From Bacteroidales bacterium (GTDB taxonomy: Bacteria > Bacteroidota > Bacteroidia > Bacteroidales > Paludibacteraceae), in the NCBI GenBank assembly GCA_022784645.1, contig JALFZG010000010.1:43-64042 (forward strand): a DNA stretch of 64,000 nt. Reading direction: 5' to 3'. Within the stretch, counting starts at the first letter, position 1. Every line of letters starts with the position of its first letter. This document shows positions 1-8,131 of this stretch, in pieces. The notes under the pieces are model-generated. The model saw only the letters and a list, made by a program, of their open reading frames with translations. It was not told the origin of the DNA and did no database searches. Made by a program: the position numbers and the translations under genes.

Positions 1-237
1 TATTGGTGGGGTACAGAGCAGGAAACCGTGCTCATGTTGCAAACAGTCATCAAGAACGCGGAACACACCGCTGCCAACGAGCCCAAGGACATCACCTACC
101 AGGCAGACGGCACCAAAGACGAACAATCCTGCATGGATAAGAATATGTAAGACCGCAGCAAGACCGCGATCGCTGTCCTCATCCTCCGCAACGGCGTTAC
201 CTACGACTTGATGGGCAATAGACGCGCAAGTCTTTAG
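1..237 (+). CDS. Possible 3' fragment of a secreted-protein gene. Frame 1 is open from the window edge to a TAA at 148-150, and the same frame continues to a TAG at 235-237.
   Basis: Manual translation of frame 1 gives ...AANEPKDITYQADGTKDEQSCMDKNM* followed by DRSKTAIAVLILRNGVTYDLMGNRRASL*. The second part resembles the C-terminal tail of the ORF at 43582-44592. It is below the ORF-track size cutoff. Confidence 0.2.
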
Positions 238-260
238 AGAATCGAGGAGTCTGTAGGAAA

Positions 261-298
261 CAAAAATAGGCATGGCGGCTCTCACGAGTGACCATGCC
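261..298 (-). terminator. Rho-independent-type terminator read on the minus strand
   Basis: Stem GGCATGG (269-275) pairs with CCATGCC (292-298). On the minus strand it is followed by TATTTTTG. Confidence 0.4.
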
Positions 299-514
299 GT
301 GTAAATATGCGAGTTACAGGAACATTACGTTCCTTTACATCTACTTTCAGCTGCAAAGGTACAAAGAATTTTTGATATAGCCAAATATTTTGAACAGAAT
401 TTAAAAAAAACTCAACGACCTATGGTTTATGATGTCGAGTAAACGGTAATTTCATAGCGGAAGTCCGTTTTTTTTAAATGGGCTTATTGCTTAAGTCCAC
501 CAAAATTTCAATGC

Positions 515-562
515 TTTTTTTTAAAACAAGTAACCGAATACGTGGTCTGCGTATCCGGTTAC
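515..562 (-). terminator. Hairpin downstream of tRNA-Gln on the minus strand
   Basis: GTAACCGAATACG (530-542) pairs with CGTATCCGGTTAC (550-562). On the minus strand it is followed by TTGTTTT. Confidence 0.4.
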
Positions 563-636
563 TAACAATTTTTGTTACAATTCTGTTACACTTTTAAACT
601 TTTTATTCGTGTAACTCATTGATTATCAATACCTTG

Positions 637-707
637 TTGCTTAACCAGGACTCGAACCCAGACAGACAGAACCAGAATCTGTAGTGCTACCATTACACCA
701 TTAAGCA
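637..707 (-). tRNA. tRNA-Gln (anticodon CTG)
   Basis: Manual cloverleaf on the minus strand: acceptor TGCTTAA/TTAAGCA, D-stem GTGT/GCAC, anticodon stem ACAGA/TCTGT with loop TTCTGGT, T-loop TTCGAGT. It is 71 nt with no encoded CCA. Confidence 0.85.
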
Positions 708-730
708 ATGCGCTTTCTTGAAAAGCGGTG

Positions 731-738
731 CAAAATTA
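731..738 (-). promoter_or_regulatory. -7 promoter box for tRNA-Gln
   Basis: The plus strand reads CAAAATTA, which is TAATTTTG on the minus strand. This matches the Bacteroidota sigma-A consensus TAnnTTTG and lies about 24 nt upstream of the tRNA 5' end. Confidence 0.6.
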
Positions 739-815
739 CTGCTTTTTTTTGAAACTGCAAAATTTTTTTTGAAAAAAATGCAAAAAAAATGCGTTTTTCG
801 TTATTTTTGATAATT

Positions 816-1724
816 TTATCGTGCATTTTTGTCGATAACCTGTCGAAATACGCGAATGAAATCGGGTGTCGTACCGCAACATCCTCCTACCATGTTCACC
901 AACCCCTCCTCTATCATGCTTCGGATAGACATCGCCATCTCCTCAGGCGTCAGGTCGTACTCGCCCAAGGCATTGGGCAGCCCTGCGTTAGGATGGCATG
1001 TGACCAAGCAGCGGCCTGCCACCGCTCGGTGCATCTGCCTCAACCATGGGAGCATCGCCTCCGCCCCGAATCCGCAGTTCAGCCCGATAGCGAGCGGGTG
1101 GGCATGGATAACCGTTTCCACAAAAGCTTCGATGGTTTGGCCGGAGAGCATCCGTCCGCTCTTATCCACCACGGTCATGGAGATGATGATGGGGCATGAT
1201 TTGCCGGTTTGTTCGGCCACCTGCTGTGCGGCCCAGAGTGCGGCTTTCACGTTGAGGGTGTCAGTAGCCGTTTCAATCAGGAGCGCATCCACTCCTCCCT
1301 CTACGAGCGCCTCAATCTGTATGCGGTACGCCTCTCGGAGCGTATCGAACGTGCATGCTCTATATTCCGGCCGGTTCAAGTCGGGCGACATGGACAGCAT
1401 GTAGTCCGTAGGGCCGACATCTCCGAGCACGAAGCGCTGCTGCCCCGTGGTGGCGGTGTATTGGTCGGCGACTTTTCTGGCTAATCGTGCCGCTTGGAGA
1501 TTGGTCTCTCGGTTGCCATGGCTGCTGAAGGTGCAGGTAGTGATGCAGTCAGCCCCTGCCGCGAGATAGGCGCGGTGGATCTGCGCAATCTCTTCGGGGC
1601 GGTCGATGACGAGCGCATCGGCGAGCCCTCGGTAATGGGGTAGGCGGCTCTGCAGGAGCGAGCCCATGGCGCCATCGAGCAGAAGGATACGCTCTGATAG
1701 GACTTGGGTGATGGTTGTTTTCAT
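816..1724 (-). CDS. Homocysteine S-methyltransferase domain protein (MetH N-terminal-like / MmuM family), standalone 302 aa
   Basis: The ORF translation (MKTTITQVLSERILLLDGAMGSLLQ... GLNCGFG ... GGCCGTTP) shows the typical Hcy-binding zinc-site pattern. It lies 23 nt downstream of the gtrA-like gene. Confidence 0.8.
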   Translation of the reverse strand: MKTTITQVLSERILLLDGAMGSLLQSRLPHYRGLADALVIDRPEEIAQIHRAYLAAGADCITTCTFSSHGNRETNLQAARLARKVADQYTATTGQQRFVLGDVGPTDYMLSMSPDLNRPEYRACTFDTLREAYRIQIEALVEGGVDALLIETATDTLNVKAALWAAQQVAEQTGKSCPIIISMTVVDKSGRMLSGQTIEAFVETVIHAHPLAIGLNCGFGAEAMLPWLRQMHRAVAGRCLVTCHPNAGLPNALGEYDLTPEEMAMSIRSMIEEGLVNMVGGCCGTTPDFIRVFRQVIDKNAR

Positions 1725-1747
1725 ACTTCTATGCGCTATCGCTGCTG

Positions 1748-2152
1748 CTATCGTTCATCGATCTTCCCGCGATACACCACAAAGCGCTGCCAAAGGAACT
1801 CGGTGATGAGGTTGAGGAGCATGTTGATGGCCGTAACCAGATAGGGATTCCACGCTACGGGTTCGGCCGTGAGCACGTGTTCGAGCCAAGTGGTGGATGG
1901 GGTGAAGAAGGCATAATAGAGCGCCACGAGCGCCATGGCTCGGGGCACGTTGGCATACGAGCGGAAAGTGAAGCGGCGGTTGAGGGTGAAATTCCAAAGC
2001 ACCGACAGCACCAATGCAATCAGATAACACAGCCAATGCGCCCAATGGAGCGCCTCCTCCATGAGGGCAAACGAGCCCATCTGGATGACTCCCGCCGAAG
2101 CCGAGAATAGCAGGAACTTCAGCGCACGTACAGATTCGTTTTTCTTACTCAT
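1748..2152 (-). CDS. GtrA family membrane protein
   Basis: Four predicted TM helices and the GtrA-like motif WNFTLNRRFTFRS. Start chosen at MSKKNES (ATG at 2152) rather than the ORF-track start at 2200, which would overlap the promoter box. Confidence 0.75.
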   Translation of the reverse strand: MSKKNESVRALKFLLFSASAGVIQMGSFALMEEALHWAHWLCYLIALVLSVLWNFTLNRRFTFRSYANVPRAMALVALYYAFFTPSTTWLEHVLTAEPVAWNPYLVTAINMLLNLITEFLWQRFVVYRGKIDER

Positions 2153-2160
2153 AACTGCCG

Positions 2161-2168
2161 CAAAATTA
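2161..2168 (-). promoter_or_regulatory. -7 promoter box for the gtrA / Hcy-methyltransferase operon
   Basis: CAAAATTA on the plus strand is TAATTTTG on the minus strand. It lies only 8 nt from the ATG at 2152, so the mRNA would be leaderless or nearly so. Confidence 0.5.
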
Positions 2169-2348
2169 CAAAAAATCGCGCATTCTGCCAAATTTTGCAT
2201 AAGAAATGCCCCGAAAATGAAAAGAATTTACACTTTTTTTGCATAAGTCAGAAAAACTTTGTACCTTTCATTCCCCCTTCGGAGGAACAGCGGTACTCGA
2301 ATTTTTATTAAAATAGCAAATAAATTTGCATATTCCAAAAATTCTTCG

Positions 2349-2356
2349 TACCTTTG
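2349..2356 (+). promoter_or_regulatory. -7 promoter box for tyrS
   Basis: TACCTTTG matches TAnnTTTG and lies about 75 nt upstream of the tyrS ATG. Confidence 0.6.
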
Positions 2357-2431
2357 CACGCCAATTCTATGCGCTTGCGCGTCCAGCACGTGCGATAATG
2401 AATTATGTATCATTTATAAAATTCAGATAAG

Positions 2432-3727
2432 ATGAAAAATTTCGTAGAAGAACTCCGTTGGCGCGGTATGCTGCACGATATCATGCCGGGCACGGAAGAA
2501 CAGCTAAACAAAGAAATGACGACCGCCTACTTAGGCATCGACCCGACCGCCGATTCACTCCATATCGGTCACCTCTGCGGCATCATGATGCTGCGACATC
2601 TGCAGCGCTGCGGGCATAAGCCCATCGCCCTTCTGGGTGGCGCTACCGGTATGATAGGCGACCCCTCGGGTAAGTCGGCCGAGCGTAACCTGCTCACCGA
2701 AGAGGTGCTCCAGCATAACGTTGCCTGCATTCAGGCGCAGCTCGAGCATTTCCTCGATTTCCATTCTACCGAACCCAATGCGGCCGAGCTCGTAAACAAC
2801 TACGACTGGATGAAAGACTATACGTTCATCGACTTTGCGCGCAACATCGGCAAGCTCATCACGGTCAATTACATGATGGCCAAAGACTCGGTGAAGAAGC
2901 GTTTCAACGGCGAGTTTTCGCAGGGTATGTCGTTTACGGAGTTTACCTATCAGCTGCTTCAGGGCTATGATTTTGCGTATTTGAACGAGCATAAGAACTG
3001 CAAGCTTCAGATGGGCGGCTCGGATCAGTGGGGTAATATCACGACCGGCACTGAGCTCATCCGCCGCATGACGGGCAAGGAGGCGTATGCGCTCACCTGT
3101 CCGCTCATTACCAAAGCCGATGGCGGTAAGTTCGGCAAGACGGAGAGCGGCAACGTATGGCTCTCGAAGAAATACACCAGCCCGTATAAATTCTATCAGT
3201 TCTGGATGAACGTGTCAGACGACGATGCCAAGCGCTACATCAAGATCTTCACCTCGCTGGAGAAGGAGGAGATAGATGGGCTGATAGCGGCGCACGATGA
3301 GGCTCCGCATCTGCGTGTGCTGCAGAAGCGTCTGGCAGAAGAGGTGACGGTGATGGTGCACAGCCGCGAGGATTACGAGGCGGCCGTAAGCGCGAGCAAT
3401 ATCCTCTTCGGCAACGCCACAGCCGAAGCGCTCCACAGCCTCGATGAGGAGACGTTCTTGCAGGTGTTTGAGGGCGTGCCGCAGTTTGAGGTGAGCCTGA
3501 GCGAGCTGGAAGCGGGCATTCCTGCCATGGATTTGCTGGCTGTGAAGACGCAGATCTTCCCCTCCAAGGGCGAAGCGCGCAAGATGATGCAAGCCAACGG
3601 ATTCTCGATGAACAAAGAGAAACTGACGGATATCAATGCCGTTATCTCAACCGATGCACTCCTCAATGGTAAGTATATCCTTTGCCAAAAAGGCAAGAAG
3701 AATTATTTCCTCGTTGTAGCCAAATAA
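2432..3727 (+). CDS. tyrS: Tyrosine--tRNA ligase
   Basis: Class I HIGH motif (SLHIGHL), KMSKS-type KFGKT, and a C-terminal S4-like domain. 431 aa. Confidence 0.95.
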   Translation: MKNFVEELRWRGMLHDIMPGTEEQLNKEMTTAYLGIDPTADSLHIGHLCGIMMLRHLQRCGHKPIALLGGATGMIGDPSGKSAERNLLTEEVLQHNVACIQAQLEHFLDFHSTEPNAAELVNNYDWMKDYTFIDFARNIGKLITVNYMMAKDSVKKRFNGEFSQGMSFTEFTYQLLQGYDFAYLNEHKNCKLQMGGSDQWGNITTGTELIRRMTGKEAYALTCPLITKADGGKFGKTESGNVWLSKKYTSPYKFYQFWMNVSDDDAKRYIKIFTSLEKEEIDGLIAAHDEAPHLRVLQKRLAEEVTVMVHSREDYEAAVSASNILFGNATAEALHSLDEETFLQVFEGVPQFEVSLSELEAGIPAMDLLAVKTQIFPSKGEARKMMQANGFSMNKEKLTDINAVISTDALLNGKYILCQKGKKNYFLVVAK

Positions 3728-3736
3728 AAGCAGCGT

Positions 3737-4873
3737 ATGAAGAAAGCAGCATTTTTCTGCGCCTTTCTGCTGAGCGCTCTGATAGGTTACGCAGAGGTGC
3801 CAGACGACTACAAGCAGAAGTATGCCTCGCTGAGCGGCACGGCAGGCGAGGCGCTGTTTGACGCGCTCTCCGCCATCGCAGCCGAGGGCTATCAGGCGCA
3901 TTCATACAACGACTTATGGGCGTTTTTCAGCACGACCGACGTGACGGCTGACAGCTTGATCTGGGATATCTATTCCAACTGCACGTTTATCCCCGGCACC
4001 AACCAATGCGGCAACTACTCGAAGGTATGCGACTGCTACAACCGCGAACATTCGTTGCCGAAATCATGGTTCGGCGGTAGCACGAGCAACGCGCCGGGCA
4101 ACGATCTTTTTCACCTCTACCCAACCGACGGCAAGGTGAACGGTCAGCGCAGTAACTACCCGTATGGCGAATGTGCCGAAGGTGCTTCGCTGGGCGGTCA
4201 GGCGCTGGGCAGGCTGGGCAACAGCACGTTGGCAGGGCATGAGCAGGCTGGGGTGGTGTTTGAGCCGGACGGGCAGTACAAAGGCGATCTGGCTCGTTCG
4301 TACTTCGGTATGCTGGTGCGCTACGGCCGCACGTTTGCTTTCAATCAGGCTGACGGCGGGGTGGTGATGTTCAGCAACAGCGGTGGCAGCATCAGCGCCG
4401 CCAACCATTTCGGCTTTACGCCTTATTCGGTGGCGCTGCTGATGGGCTGGGATGCGGCCGACAGTGTGAGCCAGAAAGAGCAGGCTCGCAACGATGCCAT
4501 TCAGCTCACGCAAGGTAACCGCAACCCGTTTATCGACTGCCCGGTCTTGGCGCAATACCTCTGGGGGCAGAAAGCGGGGCAGGCTGTGGCGCTGCAAGAC
4601 TTGGTGGATTGCGGCTGCGCCGATGCCGGCAGCGAGCCGAGCGGAGTAGAGCAGGTGGCTTTCCCCTCGCTCACGCTCAGCTCCACGGCGGAGGGCTGCA
4701 CGTTCACCTGCCTGCCGGCGGGCGCTACGATAGCGGTGGTGAGCGCCAGCGGTCAGCTGATGCAGCTGCACGCTGCGAGCGGCCCCGAACAGACGATAGC
4801 CCTACCTGCGGGCTTCTACTTGCTGATCGTGCGCGCTGGCGCACAGCAGCAGGCATTTAAGGTAGTGAAGTAG
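3737..4873 (+). CDS. Extracellular endonuclease I family nuclease with a T9SS-type C-terminal sorting domain
   Basis: Signal peptide (MKKAAFFCAFLLSALIGYA), the Endonuclease_1 core (NREHSLPKSWFGG ... NDLFHLYPTDGKVNGQRSNYPYGE), and a beta-rich tail ending FYLLIVRAGAQQQAFKVVK. It starts 9 nt after tyrS. Confidence 0.8.
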   Translation: MKKAAFFCAFLLSALIGYAEVPDDYKQKYASLSGTAGEALFDALSAIAAEGYQAHSYNDLWAFFSTTDVTADSLIWDIYSNCTFIPGTNQCGNYSKVCDCYNREHSLPKSWFGGSTSNAPGNDLFHLYPTDGKVNGQRSNYPYGECAEGASLGGQALGRLGNSTLAGHEQAGVVFEPDGQYKGDLARSYFGMLVRYGRTFAFNQADGGVVMFSNSGGSISAANHFGFTPYSVALLMGWDAADSVSQKEQARNDAIQLTQGNRNPFIDCPVLAQYLWGQKAGQAVALQDLVDCGCADAGSEPSGVEQVAFPSLTLSSTAEGCTFTCLPAGATIAVVSASGQLMQLHAASGPEQTIALPAGFYLLIVRAGAQQQAFKVVK

Positions 4874-4874
4874 G

Positions 4875-5391
4875 GCGTCGTCGCAAGCTCGGCAGCAGGA
4901 TGGCTCCGCTTACTGCGCCATCAATGCCTCGCTGCTCCTCCTTTCCCCAAAAATCAGAGATTTTCGGGGGCCCCGAGATAGTAAAAAGCCGTAGCAGAAG
5001 CTACGGCTTTTTGCGTGGTATTCGGGGGCCGAGAGGGGAAGGACGCAGATAATATCTGCTACCAACGAACAATACGAAAAATGCCCTGATTTAGGGCCTC
5101 ATGATACTATTAAGCCGTAGCGGAAGCTACGGCTTTTTACTTACGTCCGCACGCACAAAAAAAGCCTCGAGCCGAAGCTACGGCTTTTGCGGTGCGGACG
5201 GGACTGCGTCGTCGCAAGCTCGGCAGCCGGATGGCTCCGCTCTGCTGCGCCATCAATGCCTCGCTGCTCCTCCTTTCCCCAAAAATCGGAGATTTTCGGG
5301 GGCCCCTGAGGGAGGGTTCGAGTCCGACGTCCGCACACACACACAAAAGCCTCGAGCCGAAGCTCAAGGCTTTTGCGGTGCGGACGGGACT
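4875..5391. repeat. Nested direct repeats and reiterated hairpins downstream of tRNA-Asp
   Basis: A ~100-bp direct repeat occurs at 4875-4974 and 5205-5306. A ~60-bp direct repeat occurs at 5146-5204 and 5329-5391, and includes the last 16 nt of tRNA-Asp plus 1 flanking nt (GCGGTGCGGACGGGACT). There are four copies of the hairpin AGCCGTAGC-GAAGCTACGGCT near 4988, 5113, 5161 and 5348. Confidence 0.85.
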
Positions 5392-5449
5392 CGAACCCGC
5401 GACCTCCGGCGTGACAGGCCGATATTCTAACCAACTGAACTACCGCACC
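5376..5449 (-). tRNA. tRNA-Asp (anticodon GTC)
   Basis: The minus strand reads GGTGCGGTAGTTCAGTTGGTTAGAATATCGGCCTGTCACGCCGGAGGTCGCGGGTTCGAGTCCCGTCCGCACCG. Acceptor GGTGCGG/CCGCACC, anticodon loop CTGTCAC, T-loop TTCGAGT. 74 nt. Confidence 0.9.
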
Positions 5450-5483
5450 AGGGTTGTTCGTACTTCCTTTTCGAAAGCGAGTG

Positions 5484-5491
5484 CAAAGGTA
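5484..5491 (-). promoter_or_regulatory. -7 promoter box for tRNA-Asp
   Basis: CAAAGGTA on the plus strand is TACCTTTG on the minus strand, about 35 nt upstream of the tRNA 5' end. Confidence 0.6.
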
Positions 5492-5788
5492 CTGCTTTTT
5501 TTTGAATTGACAAAATTTTTCGGAAGAAAAATGCAAAAAAACATGCATTTTTTTGATTTTTGCTTCGTTTTTGAGTATTACACTATGCAAATTTGGCGGT
5601 TTTTGTATTTTTCGATGTTGCAGACGCTTTTTTCTGAGAAGCCGCTTATCGGACGAAAAAAAGCAGCTGCTCATGCCGAATGATGGCGCCAAGCAGCTGC
5701 TGAGATTCTTACACCTTATATTATATATAATAAGGAGGGAGATTATTTTACGATATAGGGCACTTGCGTGCGGATATACGGAGGGAGA

Positions 5789-8110
5789 TTATTTAACGGT
5801 ATATGGCACTTGCGTGCGGATGTCAGCGGAAGAAGCGCCAATGAGGATGGTGTATGCGCCCTTGTCGGTTACGAAGGCATGCTGCTGTTCGCTGAAATAT
5901 TGGAACATCTCCTCTGTGAGGGTGAAGGTGAGCGTCTTCGTGTCTCCGGGCTGCAGGGCTACTTTGCTGAATGCTTTGAGCTCTTTCACCGGTCGCTGCA
6001 CGGACGGCTTCTTAGGCGCAACGTAGAGTTGCACTGCCTCTTTACCCGCTGCCTTACCGGTGTTGGTGATCGTAAGGCTGACTTGATTGCCGCTGATAGT
6101 AGCTTTGCCATATTCGAAGGTGGTGTAAGAAATACCATGTCCGAAGGGGAAGAGCGGCTGCGCCTTGCAGGTTACGCCGGTGAGCGCCTTGCGTGCTTTA
6201 GGCGAAAGGTCGGCATAGCGATAGCCTACGAAGATATCCTCTCGGTAGTATTCTTCCATGAGTTCGGGCTGCTCCTTGGTGCGTTTATCAGAAGGCACAC
6301 CGGGATACACCTCTTCTCCCATCTGATGAGCGGGGTAGTCGGTGAGTGCAGGCATGATGGTGAAGGGGAGTTTTCCGGATGGGTTGACATCTCCGAAGAG
6401 CACGTCAGCAATAGCATTTCCGGCTTCTGAACCGAGGAACCACGCCTGCAATACGGCCGGCACCTTGTCGAGCCAGGGCATAGCTACGGCATTGCCGCTG
6501 ATGTTTACGAACACTATGTTTTTATTGACAGCCGCAATGGCTTCGATCACCTCGTTTTGTCCGTACGGCAGTTCGTATGCCAAGCGATCAACACCTTCGC
6601 AGTCTTGGTGTCCTTCCTTATTGAGTCCGCCAACGAAGATGACGATATCGGCTTTTTTAGCTGCCTCAACGGCTTCAGCGCGCACTTCTTCAGCCGGACG
6701 ATGATCTTCCAGCTCAGCGCCAACGATCATGCCGTCTTGCTGTGTAGCGCCCGTGCCTACGTATCCGCGCACCCATTCCACGTTAGCTTCTTTTCCGGCA
6801 CGCATGCGGATGCCTTCCAGCGGAGAGATTTCGTAGAGCGCCTTGAGGGAGGATGAACCACCGCCTACGGTGAGCGGCTTCTTGGCATTCTCGCCCACTA
6901 CAAGGATGGTAGGAACGACGTATTGCAAGGTCATGATATCGCCCTGCTTGCAGCGGTCGGTAGCGAGTTTGGCAGGATTGATAGGGAGGATGTTGTCTCT
7001 GTTTTGGAGCAATACGATTCCTTCGTCAGCCACTTGTCGAGCCGTAGCGCGATGCTCATCGGAGCAGAGGTTGCCGAAGCCCTGGCGTTTAGCCATCGTG
7101 GTGCGGAAAATGAGGCGGAGAATATTGCGGCATTTGTCGTCGAGTTCTTTCGTTCCATATTTGCCCTCTTTGATGAGGTTATAATACGGCTGCGCGAGGT
7201 AGTAGGAGTCGTAGGCATTGGATAATCCCCATGACAATCCGTTGGTCCACGATCCATACTCCAGGTCGAGGCCGTACTTGATGGCTTCTTCGGTATCGCA
7301 GCATCCGCCCCAATCGGATACGACGGCACCATCGAATCCCCATTCGCCTCGGAGAATATCCACGAGCAGTCGCTTGTTGTGGCAGCAGAATTGGTCGTTG
7401 TATCGGTTATACGAACCCATAATCGACCACGCGCCACCTTCTTGAACGGCAGCCTTGAACGCGGGGAGGTAAATCTCGTAGAGTGCGCGATCGGACACGT
7501 GTACGTTGGTCGTGTGGCGGTTCACTTCCTGATTGTTGAGCGCGAAATGCTTCACGCAAGCCGCTACACCATTTTTCTGCACTTCTTGTACGTATGGCAC
7601 CACCATACGGCTCGCGAGGAGCGGATCTTCGCCCATGTATTCGAAGTTACGGCCATTGAGGGGTGTGCGGTAGATATTTACGCCTGGGCCGAGTAAGATG
7701 GTTTTTCGGCGGTAGAGCGCTTCTTCGCCAATAGCCTTGCCGTAGATAGCCGACATATCGGTGTTCCAGGTGGCAGCCAAGCAGGTGAGTGCAGGGAAAG
7801 CGGTGATGGAGTCGTTCGTCCAATTGGCGGTGTTCCATTCATCCCACAGCACTTCTGCTCTAACGCCGTGCGGGCCATCGGTGCACCAAATCTCGGGGAT
7901 TCCGAGACGCGCAACGCCCGCAGATGAGAATTTGGATTGCGCGTGGAGCATCTTCACTTTCTCTGCCGTAGTCATTCGGCTGAGTGCGTCTTCTACTCGC
8001 TGCTCAATAGGCGCATTTTCATCGAGATAAACAGGAGTAGCGTTGCTGACTTGCGCTTGGATAGTAAGCGCAGTTAGAGCAATAGTCATTGTTGATACAA
8101 TTTTTTTCAT
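5789..8110 (-). CDS. Glycoside hydrolase family 3 beta-glucosidase-like enzyme (BglX-type), secreted
   Basis: 773 aa with a signal peptide (MKKIVSTMTIALTALTIQAQ). GH3 N-terminal and C-terminal domains with the nucleophile region GAVVSDWGG, plus a fibronectin-like C-terminus. Confidence 0.9.
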   Translation of the reverse strand: MKKIVSTMTIALTALTIQAQVSNATPVYLDENAPIEQRVEDALSRMTTAEKVKMLHAQSKFSSAGVARLGIPEIWCTDGPHGVRAEVLWDEWNTANWTNDSITAFPALTCLAATWNTDMSAIYGKAIGEEALYRRKTILLGPGVNIYRTPLNGRNFEYMGEDPLLASRMVVPYVQEVQKNGVAACVKHFALNNQEVNRHTTNVHVSDRALYEIYLPAFKAAVQEGGAWSIMGSYNRYNDQFCCHNKRLLVDILRGEWGFDGAVVSDWGGCCDTEEAIKYGLDLEYGSWTNGLSWGLSNAYDSYYLAQPYYNLIKEGKYGTKELDDKCRNILRLIFRTTMAKRQGFGNLCSDEHRATARQVADEGIVLLQNRDNILPINPAKLATDRCKQGDIMTLQYVVPTILVVGENAKKPLTVGGGSSSLKALYEISPLEGIRMRAGKEANVEWVRGYVGTGATQQDGMIVGAELEDHRPAEEVRAEAVEAAKKADIVIFVGGLNKEGHQDCEGVDRLAYELPYGQNEVIEAIAAVNKNIVFVNISGNAVAMPWLDKVPAVLQAWFLGSEAGNAIADVLFGDVNPSGKLPFTIMPALTDYPAHQMGEEVYPGVPSDKRTKEQPELMEEYYREDIFVGYRYADLSPKARKALTGVTCKAQPLFPFGHGISYTTFEYGKATISGNQVSLTITNTGKAAGKEAVQLYVAPKKPSVQRPVKELKAFSKVALQPGDTKTLTFTLTEEMFQYFSEQQHAFVTDKGAYTILIGASSADIRTQVPYTVK

Positions 8111-8131
8111 AAAAGTATTGAAGTTTTTGGA

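Noticed and set aside
2200-2431. T-box or other riboswitch leader upstream of tyrS (also considered for glyQS at 12690-12716 and dxs at 55459-55480)
   Set aside because: The distance from the -7 box to the start codon is only about 75, 28 and 22 nt respectively. That is too short for T-box or TPP elements, and no specifier or terminator-antiterminator structure is visible.
5101-5692. ORFs of 109-183 aa spanning the tRNA-Asp gene and the repeat mosaic
   Set aside because: They run through a tRNA gene, hairpin terminators and direct repeats. They show no coding periodicity or recognisable domains.
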